Below, piece after piece: positions 53,244 through 64,000 of a stretch of DNA of 64,000 bases (position 1 is the stretch's first letter; each line of letters begins with the position of its first letter). A model generated the notes under the pieces. That model did not search any database. It was not told the origin of the DNA and saw only the letters and a program-made list of their open reading frames with translations. The translations under genes and the position numbers were made by a program. The DNA is from Octopus vulgaris (Eukaryota), in the NCBI GenBank assembly GCA_951406725.2, contig OX597823.1:108500001-108564000 (forward strand). The letters run 5' to 3'.

Positions 53244-53580
53244 AGTTAGTTCATTAGTTAGTTAGTTAGTTAATTTTTTGGCTCAAAAAGCAAAAAGCAA
53301 GGCCATGTAGGGGGACATGGAATTATGTACTGGGTGGTGTTCATGTAAAGAGTTCAGGCCACTTGTGGTCAAGGGAGACTTTGAACCGAGCGGTCGTCGG
53401 CATCTTCACCATCTCATCCGGCAGTTTATTCCACGGATCCGCAACCCGGACGGAGAAAGCCTCTCTCCTTTGATTGAGATGAAATCGTCGCAGATAGAGC
53501 TTTTCGGAATGACCCCGCAGCCGACGCTCTGGAGCAGGAGTGAAGAACAGCTCTTTCGAGACCTCATGGCTAGTTGCTGA
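53244..53580 (-). mobile_element. CR1-clade LINE 3' end
   Basis: FFTPAPERRLRGHSEKLYLRRFHLNQRREAFSVRVADPWNKLP...FKVSLDHKW* follows the RGH..KL....R..FS.RV...WN.LP motif; short UTR and (TAAC)n tail. Confidence 0.85.
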
Positions 53581-54076
53581 ACATATGGACAAAGAAGGAA
53601 GATCAAGTTCTAGGAATTGTCTCCCTCCAGAATCCACCTAGTCAACTTGCGAGTCCCAGGATTTCAGAAGGAATCACCTGAAGTGTAAACAGGGGCTGAA
53701 GATTTCTGTCCTGGAATTTATGATGTTCCCCAAGTTGAGGGAGTTCTTTAATATTCTTGCCCATTGTACTATGCACAACTTGCAGCATTTGCTACCATTT
53801 ATATGTAGGGGTCCAGTCTCTCTAGGATCTTCCATGTGACTTCATACATATGCACACGTACAAAGATTATGATGCAAATAAACAAATAAAACCACCTGAG
53901 GTAGATATATCGAATATACATACATATACAGGTAAATGGGGAGAAACAGGACTGAAAAGATGAAGTGTGAGTTCAAATCATTTAAACATTACTAAGTGTT
54001 TTCTATATTGAGCATCTCTGGGTCTCACTTGTTGACTCTACATACATATATATATACTTATATGTGTGTGTGTGTG

Positions 54077-54124
<48 letters not shown>

Positions 54125-54573
54125 CATATATGTATATACATATGTACACACATTTTTGTAAATACACACATACATACATGGATGTGTGTGTGTGTGTGTG
54201 TGTATGCATATATATATATATGTATATATATGTTATTGCAAACCCTCAACCTACATTAAATTCTGGTAAATTTCATCACTAAGCCACAACCCCTGGCCCT
54301 ACCAGTTTCACACCACCCTTATTGCCCCAACACAACTAAATTTCGTTCAATTAATAAACCTCATTTCACATGGACAACGTATCACAGTCCTCTTGTTTGT
54401 GTATGTGTATGTATGTGTGCGCGTGTTAAGGTGTGTGTGTGTTAGAGTATGTGTGTGTGTGTGAGTTTGTGTATGTATGTGTCCATGCGAGTGTGTGTCA
54501 TGTCTGAATGTATGTGCATCTGTAAGGGATGAAATTTTCAATGTAGATTCGTGTTTTGAATTGCAAAATCCTT

Positions 54574-54662
54574 TTACAAATGTTTATGCAAAACTCTGTC
54601 GTACGCAAGGGACATCTCATCTAAACAGTTTCTCCGACCGTCAGTACTACGACAAGGAGATG
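54574..54662 (-). CDS. Candidate terminal coding exon of an unidentified gene
   Basis: Long pyrimidine tract plus ctctgtag| acceptor; CpG-rich unique sequence. Phase-1 reading gives xSPCRSTDGRRNCLDEMSLAYDRVLHKHL*; phase 0 gives HLLVVVLTVGETV*. Confidence 0.35.
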
Positions 54663-55330
54663 CTACAGAGATAGGGAGAAACAGAAAGAGACAGAGAAAA
54701 AGCAAGATGATGAAAAGAGATGAGGCAGGAGAAGAAACAATCTATGTTAAATGTCGAATAAAATTTTTTTCTCTGCCCTCCCCCACTTCAATAAAAAACT
54801 GGGGGTTATTCAGGGCAGGATGGGTAAAAGAAAAACAATCAAAGTCATTAGTGCACTAGATTCATACTTGTGCACACAAATCTGTACAAGTATATACCCG
54901 CATACACATATACATACATGCATGCACACACATATATGTACATATGTATATATACATACATATACATGCTGATATACATACATAGACACACACACACATA
55001 CACACACACACATATATATATACACACACATGCATACACACACACACATATATATATATAGGGTGTGTGTGTGTATGTATAAACACACATATATGTAAGT
55101 GTGTATATGTATATGTGTGTGTATGTATATGTGTATGTACTTATATATACACAAACACCCTGTCCATACATATAATTTTGCTCATAGCACGCATACATTC
55201 AATATTACAGTGTTTGGCTTTCGTTTCAAAGAAAGAGAAAATATATATTTGTCATAGAGACAAGAAAGTGTGTGCCATGTGTGTTTTAGCATTAATGAGA
55301 CATCACCTTCTTTTTTCTTTCTCTCCCCCA

Positions 55331-55362
<32 letters not shown>

Positions 55363-55711
55363 GTATACATTCATGCATACATACATGTATGTGTGTCTCT
55401 GTGTCTGTATGCATTGTATTATCAGCAACAGTATAAACTTCAAAACTCATACAAGATTATTCAATTCTTACTCATCAGTGTTTATTGTAGAATTCTTCTC
55501 TAAAATAATTCCAAATAATTCCAAAGTCACTCCTCTGGTGCAGTCACTAAAATTGTTTTCCATGTTAACTTTGTATTATCTCCATGAATTATTATGAAAG
55601 CTACATTATTGCGCGTGCATGCACACACACATACACACACACACACACACATACTGTGAGATAAATAACATGTCTTAACTTGAGCTCTAAATTTTATTAG
55701 TTATAGTAGAA

Positions 55712-56103
55712 TCTCTACATATTTAAAGCTGAAGTTGTCTGAGTATGGCAGGTTTGGTAGCCTTCAACTAACACAATCTCCTCTGTGACCCTGCGGCACA
55801 AGTTGACCAAAATTGAGAGTATGATAGAAGAAGGCCTGCTCTTCCTTTCAGAGACAGAAAAATTCAAATCGGACCATGTCAACACCAAAAATTATTTACA
55901 TCAAAAAGGTGCTTTTTTTCTATGAAAATCCCTATTTTTTACGATTTTGTGACTGCTGTGTGGCCATAATTCGGTGTATTTCAGCCAGAAAAATGTTCAC
56001 TTAAAGAGAATAACAAGCTATATAATGCAAAATTTTTACTTTTCAAAAATTCCAATTCTAAAGGGTGGAAACAAACCCGAGCAACGTCGGGCGATACTGC
56101 TAG
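55712..56103 (+). mobile_element. Complete non-autonomous Helitron (392 bp)
   Basis: A|TC 5' end (tctctacatatttaaagctg), subterminal hairpin CCCGA-gcaacg-TCGGG (56076-56091), CTAG|T 3' end, no TSD. Confidence 0.85.
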
Positions 56104-56349
56104 TATATGATAAAACACAACCTAAATCACAAACTGTAGTGGAATTAGCTTAATTGTAAACACAACCTGGATAACTTCAATTTGAAGATAGAGAAAGAAC
56201 ATCGCAGGCATAAAAGAGCAGTTGAGAAACAATACATGCAGTTATATTCCATTTTGCTAGCGATATCAAAAATTCTATTTTCAAAGAATTAGTATGCAGG
56301 TATTCAAATAGAAGAATATTCCTTTAAAATATGTGAACTTGTACCTGTA

Positions 56350-56636
56350 TTGCTGAGACCCCCTTTGGTCATGGCTGACCGTGGGATTTCACCTAGAAAG
56401 TTACCCTCCCAGGCACAAGTCCGGGCAAGGTTGTTTATGGAAGACCAGCAGCTGCCCATGCATACTGGCCTCCCCTCTCCACGCCACCAGTGTTGTCCAA
56501 GGGAAAGGCAAAGGGGCCGATACAGCTTGGCACCTGTGATGTCGCAACCCATTTCTACAGCTGAGTGAACTGAAACAACATGAAATAAAGTGTCTTGCTC
56601 AAGAACACAACCCCCAGCCTGGTCCCGGATTTGAAA
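56350..56636 (-). mobile_element. CORE-like SINE (family F), 5'-truncated
   Basis: Reverse strand: ttcaaatccgg (B box)...tgtgttcttgagcaagacactttatttc...ttcactcagctgtagaaatggg, then a distinct 3' domain. Confidence 0.7.
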
Positions 56637-57088
56637 TCATTAGAAATCATTATTAATGTACATGAATTAACATTATAACGAGATCGAGAAATTCTGCTCT
56701 CGTTCATCATAATTCTTCTTTTGTAAAGAAGTTCTTGATGGGAGTACGGTGAGTTTTGATGGAGCTGAAATATGTGAGTTGTTGAGTTTTTCTGTATTTG
56801 AAAGGCAATGGATCTGTAGTCTAATGTAATGTCAATAGACATCAATCCTTTTGAAATCCTCTACTAAGACTAATCAACCTTTTTTAAGCCCATTGGTCAG
56901 CAAAATATATAAATAACATTCAAACTACTGCCTTAAAAAGAATTACCTGCAAGTTCAGGTCGTAAAATATTATGAATATTTTCTGATAATTAAACTTTCA
57001 AACTGTAAAGTGCAAATGTACAATGGTTGTAATTACAAATTTGAATTACTAACTAAATACCACTTTATATACAGAGATAGAAAAGCAT

Positions 57089-57487
57089 AGGTGCAGGTGT
57101 GGCTGTATGGTAAGAGGCTTGTTCCCCAACCACATGGTTCTAGGTTCAGCTCCACTACATGGCAACTTGGGCAGGTGTCTTCTAGTATAGCCTCAGGCTA
57201 ACCAAATCCTTGTGAATGGATTTGGTTGACAGAAGGCGGCGAGCTGGCAGAAACGTTAGTACGCCAGGCACAATGCTTAGCAGTATTTCGTCTGCTGTTA
57301 CATTCTGAGTTCAAATTCCACCGAAGTCGACTTTGCCTTTCATCCTTTTGGGGTTGATATATTAAGTACCAGTTACGCACTGGAGTCGATGTAATTGATT
57401 TAATCTCTTTGTCTGTCCTTGTTTGTCCCCTCTACATTTAGCCTCTTGTGGGCAATAAAGAAATAAGAAACTGAAAGAAGTTTGTCG

Positions 57488-57526
<39 letters not shown>

Positions 57527-57712
57527 CTTTGTGTCCGTATTTGTCCCCTTGCCATCACCGTTTGACAACCGGTGTTGCTGTGTTTATGTCTTCACTGCTT
57601 AGTGGTTCAGCAAAAGGGGCCAATAGAACAAGTACTAGGCTTAAAGAATAAGTCCTGGGGTAGATTTGTTTGGCTTAAACCCTTCAAGTTGTTGCTCCAA
57701 CATGGCTGCAGT
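57089..57712 (+). mobile_element. SINE family B interrupted by a nested SINE family A (57235-57465)
   Basis: The B sequence breaks at tggttgacagaa and resumes at gaaactgaaagaag. Confidence 0.85.
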
Positions 57713-58162
57713 AAAAAAAAAACCCAAAAATCAAGTGTATGAAAATTAGTTTAGACTGGCTTTTTCATTGCAAAGAGCTTCAACTTTAAACAAATTCTGA
57801 TGCCAAGCTGAATAAATTCTGATGCTGAGCACAATAAATTATGAATATAAATATCGTAAAGACCAATTCTAGTTGCATGGTTAATACTGGAATTTTAATT
57901 AAGAAAACTCACATGATAATAGGCTGCTCAGAACACCAACAATTTCAGACTTCAGATTTAATCTAAGAGCGAAATTCTCAGCAGAAAATTGCTCTAATTT
58001 ACCTGCAAAGTAAGTATAAAATAATTAGATTGTAAGAGATTCCTAATGGCTATTTGAATCACACTTAGACATTATTCTCACTTTTGTTTTATGCTGTAAA
58101 AATATTAAATCAAATTCTGAGGCTGTTGCAATGTCTCACAGATTTTGATATGAAAAATAATA

Positions 58163-58627
58163 GGCGCAGGAAGTGGCTGTGTGGTAAGTAGCTTGTTTAC
58201 CAACCACATGGTTCCGGGTTCAGTCCCACTGCGTGGCACCTTGGGCATGTGTCTTCTACTATAGCCTCGGGCCGACCAAAGCCTTGTGAGTGGATTTGGT
58301 AGACTGAAACTGAAAGAAGTCCGTTATATGATTGATTGATTCCAGTTCCAGCCTGTGAGCTGTGGCCATGCTGGGGCACCGCCATTTGTATATATATATA
58401 TGTATGTGTATATATATATATGTATATATATATATGTATGTGTGTGTGTTTGTGTGTGTGTGTTTGACCCCTTGCATTGCTTGACAACCGATGCTGGTGT
58501 GTTTATGTCCCCGTCACTTAGCAGTTCGGCAAAAGAGACCGATAGAATAAGTACTGGGCTTACAAAGAATAAGTCCCGGGGTCGATTTGCTCCAGCATGG
58601 CCACAGTCAAATGACTGAAACAAGTGA
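58163..58627 (+). mobile_element. SINE family B with an inverted SINE-tail fragment (58329-58388) in its internal microsatellite
   Basis: Full head and tail; the insert reads in reverse ggcggtgccccagcatggccacagctcacaggctggaactgg(aatc)n. Confidence 0.85.
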
Positions 58628-58659
58628 AAAAAAAAAGAGATGGTTTGTACTTGGTACTC

Positions 58660-59048
58660 AGCTTTTAACTGTGGTTCCCAAGAACTAGAAACAGCAGCTA
58701 TAGGTGGTGAATTAGTTTGACAGGTGGACTAAACCACGTGAGAGTAGTCACAGAGTATCAAACTTTTGATGAGGGTCTGTCTACAATTGTACAAGAAGAG
58801 TATGATCTGCTCATTACAAGCTCCTTCTTCTTTCCCCCCATCGTAATAGGATGTCATGGTGGTACTCTTACTTTAAACAAGAGTAGAGATGTCTCCAGGA
58901 ATCTTATTGATTATGTCAATTATGTCATCATCAGGAAGAAAGAGAGGCAGGATGTTATGGTGATCAAGGCTGCATCTGGGGAAGATTCCTGGAATAACCA
59001 CAAATGTTTCCATATCCAACCTATATGACAGCCTAAAGTGTGTGGGAG

Positions 59049-59108
<60 letters not shown>

Positions 59109-59130
59109 TAGATATATAGATTAGATAGCT

Positions 59131-59181
<51 letters not shown>

Positions 59182-61335
59182 GAGGAGGCTAAATGAGCCT
59201 GAACTGTGTCTGTCATAAAACTTTGGTGAGGACCTGGAGAACAAACTCAGAAACTACTCTATTTTATAATAGCATGAAAGAAGGCTGAGTAGTTTTCAGG
59301 GATTTAATGTCATTCGAACATCTGGGACCCAAAATACACAAACACCAGCACAGATTCTGTGAAAATAACACCAAAAACTGAAGCTTCCTCTTCTAAAAGC
59401 TCATCAAGACGTCAGTTCATTTCAAACCAAGAAGGGTCCTTGCCTTGCAGCATGTTAAGTTATTTGGACCAAGCTTCGATTGAAGCAGGGCCCAGCCCAT
59501 AGTGCAGTAAAAGTGCAAATGAGTTCAAGTCTTTATGGAAAGCAGCAACATGACAAACTTCTACGATGCATAGTGAGCTGTTTGTGTCCCATGATCCTAT
59601 GAAACATCATTGCAGCTGAGTGCAGAAAGACCAGAGATCCTTGGAAGATAGGGGAAGCATTTTCACAGATTCCTGAGACATTCTTTTGCTGTTAATGAGG
59701 CTACTGTACCTCACTTGTCATAAGTATGTTACTTGTTCAATTCTTTAAAGTAGATACGGTCAAAGGTTGTAGTTGCTCTGTCTAGTAGTTAGAACTATAG
59801 TGCTAACATCATTCTAGCTGAGATTTACAAAACTGGAGTTACTTGTTTCTTATCAAGGGTCACTGACACCTTCTGCTAAATGAGGTGCTGGAAGGGTATC
59901 TCAATGGAGTTCAAAAATGCATCAGTAGTTCACCTTTACAAAAAAAAGAAAGGAAATCACTAGTTCTGTGGTACAACCAAGATATATCTCTGTTGTCAAT
60001 TACTGAGAAATTATTTGTCCTGGGTAGTACTGAACTGGCTGATTGTCTTCCTTGAATGGGGGCTTTTGCTTGGACCCAATGTGCCTTTGGAGAGGATGCC
60101 AGTACAGCTTGCAGGAAAGATGAGCGTGTTAACTTTAGGTGACATCTCAAAAGTAATATCAAGATCCTTACACATCTGTTGTGAAGCTCACATCAGCATT
60201 TGACATTGCCATTTCTGATGGTCTTTGGACACTCACAGCCATATAGAGATGTTCTAACAAGTTAACTGGCCTGGTACAGACATTAAACCAGGGTCTGTTT
60301 GCCATTGTAATTGATTGGAGGGAGTCAAACTGATATTCCCAGTGACAAACGGTATTTAAATCAGGCTGCATGCAAGCACCGGTGCTTTTCAGTATGATGT
60401 TTTCAACCATATTGACTGGGGTATTCTAGAACAGAGAGGTAGGGTTTGTCATTTGCTATTGTCCTAATGGAATGATCTCTAATCTGTGAAGATAAGACTC
60501 CAAGCTGAAATGTAGTATCGCAAGAGCAAGTTCTCATCTATGATGACTTCTGCAACACCATCAGCTGAGGTATTCCCCAATCTGTTACTCATAAGAATAT
60601 GGGGCGCCTGCAACCACAACATGAGGATCAAACTTTACAGACGATCTACAGATTCACATACATAGCATCCTTTTAAGAATTGGTTACTTGACAATTAAGC
60701 TAATAACAATTGCTGAAGTGACAATTAACTGCTATAAACTTTGCAAGATTACCAGGATAAGAAAGAGTGTCAGCCTTCAAGTTAAAGCGAAGTTCTACAA
60801 AGCTGTTCTTCAACCAACTTTGATGCATGTCTGAGGCACATTCACCGTTTACGGCAGATTCAACAGGAAATTTAAATGATTTCACTTGAGCTGCCGCACG
60901 AAAGGCTGAACAAGATCCTAGACTCTGAGGCTCTCTGTCATCCAGTGTTGTTCAGTATATATACTCTTCTATGCAGGACCCAAATGCACTGCTCCAGATG
61001 ATGTGAAACTTCCAGATGGTCTTTCCTACAGTGAGTTGTTTGGGGAAATATCTTCAGTTGGCGAGCAGCGCAAACATTACACATGCTCTTAGCTCCCCAC
61101 ACAAGACATCGGAATTAATCCGGAGTCACAAGAAAGCACCTGACACAACTTAATCAGGAAAGGTTCCATAGCATCAAAGCTGCTGGGGAGAAGATAAGCT
61201 GAGAAGTAAAATCTGCTCAGGAAATACATAGTCACCAGCACAGTGGCAAAAACATAAAAAAGATTTGCCAGCCATTCCTGACCACCCCTGTGAGTAATGT
61301 CATTGTCATCATTTATGTGGATGGATGAACAAATG
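58660..61335 (+). pseudogene. Long decayed RTE-clade LINE (endonuclease C-terminus, RT, 3' end)
   Basis: EYDLLITSSFF...IDYV..YVIIRKKERQDV...SWNNH (endonuclease); YKKKKGN..ISLLSI.EKLF; SAFD...DGLW...GCMQAPVLFSMMFS; KAKFYKAVLQPTL...FHLSC; YSEL....SVGEQRKHY. Confidence 0.82.
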
Positions 61336-61404
61336 ATAGAGGAATTTGATTAAAAGAGTTTAACTGCTATTTCTAGTAGAAAGAGTGACCACATAGGCTC
61401 TCAG

Positions 61405-61790
61405 TCTCTTTTACTTGCTTCAGTCATTTGACTGTGGCCATGCTGGAGCACCGCCTTTAGTCGAGCAACTTGACCCCAGGACTTATTCTTTGTAAGCCTA
61501 GCACTTATTCTATCAGTCTCTTTTTGCCGAACCGCTAAGTTACGGGGACGTAATCACACCAGCATCGGTTGTCAAGCGATGTTGGGGGACAAACATAGAC
61601 ACACAAACACATACACACACACATATATATATATACATATATACGACGGGCTTCTTTTCAGTTTCCATCTACCATTCCACTCACAAGGCTTTGGTTGGCC
61701 TGAAACTATAGTAGAAGACACATGCCCAAGGTGCCATGCAGTAGGTCTGAACCCGGAACCATATGGTTGGTAAGCAAGCTACTTACCACT
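61405..61790 (-). mobile_element. SINE family B
   Basis: Nearly complete match in reverse. Confidence 0.88.
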
Positions 61791-62211
61791 AACTATGCCT
61801 GTTAGTGTTCATATAAATAACAGTGTCAGTTTTCGTATTTATACTGCATAATGTTATGTAGTTCCCAGCTTATCGTTTTACCATATTCACTCATTTTGGC
61901 TGATTAATCAATCTCCATAGCACTTACTTTAATATATTCCAATAGGGCACACTTAATATTTGATACTTTTGTCAGAGAAATTCCTCTGTGTTTTGTTTAC
62001 AATAAATGTTGTGGAATGCTGTCCTTATGTAACCTATGTTTTATTGTATAACATATTCATGAACAGAGTGCAGTAGAATTATTCTACTGTGGAGCTAAGT
62101 CCCATCTCTAATCAACAGCCAAAGGCTGTTTATAGTGTCACTGGTGAACATTTTTATGTGTTTTGTTATGATACACAATTAAATTTTATGTTTTCCTATC
62201 ATTATATAATA

Positions 62212-62428
62212 TTCTTTTTCTACTCTAGGCAAAGGGCCTGAAACTTTTGGGGTGGATGCCAGTCGATTAGATTAACTCCAGTACGCAACTGTTACTTAAT
62301 TTATTGACCCTGAAAGGATGAAAGGCAAAGTTGAGCTTGGCAGAATTTGAACTCAGAATGTAAAGACAGACGAAATACCGCTAAGCATTTCACCCAGCAT
62401 GCTAACGTTTCTGCCAGCTCCACCACCT
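62212..62428 (-). mobile_element. SINE family A, short-tail subtype
   Basis: Family A match. Confidence 0.8.
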
Positions 62429-62480
62429 TAATCATTATATGATATTATTTATATCACTCATTTGACACAGCACTTCTTTT

Positions 62481-63367
<887 letters not shown>

Positions 63368-63459
63368 ATGTATATATGTCTGTCTGTCTGTTACTCTTTC
63401 TTTCTCTATTTGTCTATCTGTCTTTCTATCAACCTATTAGTTGTCTATCTATCTATTTA

Positions 63460-63508
<49 letters not shown>

Positions 63509-63511
63509 TTA

Positions 63512-63552
<41 letters not shown>

Positions 63553-64000
63553 CTATCTATTTATCTCTCTCTCTCTCTCTCTCTCTCTCCCTCTCTCTCT
63601 ATCTATCTATCCATCCATCAATCCATCCATCCATGTGTAGATTTTTCTCTCCCTTGATCTATCTCTCTAGTCATGCATAATCTCTCTCTCTCTCTCCTTC
63701 TCTCTCATACACTCATTCACTATCTATCTATCGATATATCAGTTTTTGGAAAAAATTCATTTAAATATTTCTATATACCCTAACAACACATATCACACCT
63801 ACCAACCTACAAACTCACTCCGTAAAATTGTAACCAGAAATAGCCTTTAACCAAAACCATAACATGCCCCTCCAGCCACCCCACTCCTCCCCACCCACAC
63901 ACCACCACAATGGTTGTATTTCACATTGTCCTCCTTTCAAACATTTTTCATTTTCCTTGTTTCTACTTCATTGCTTTATTTTCATACAATTTCCATTGTT

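Overview
AT-rich animal genomic DNA saturated with microsatellites. The SINE repertoire and repeat load point to an octopus (coleoid cephalopod); this is inference, not a database match. No complete host gene is visible, and almost all listed ORFs are microsatellite or SINE artefacts. The window is a transposon graveyard. It holds about 35 tRNA-derived or RTE-tailed SINE copies, a 5'-truncated L1/Tx1-clade LINE (16.6-19.3 kb, minus), a long decayed RTE LINE (58.7-61.3 kb), and R4/Dong, RTE and CR1 fragments. It also holds two Penelope-like GIY-YIG fragments, a decayed Tc1, hAT and piggyBac MITEs, a Helitron RepHel pseudogene and a complete 392-bp non-autonomous Helitron. The main unannotated signal is a set of at least 7 unrelated short non-coding elements, mostly embedded in (TA)n. 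Each carries a minimal type-I hammerhead ribozyme with a palindromic stem III. Several are fold-backs with a hammerhead on both strands, one is a tandem retrozyme-like unit, and some have non-canonical cores (a G3-C8 swap; U4C). Also notable are a SINE sharing its 3' tail with the Tx1-like LINE, a long-range complementary pair of unique sequences (20.4-22.5 kb), and a few weak exon candidates. All coordinates were read by eye; boundaries of decayed elements are approximate.
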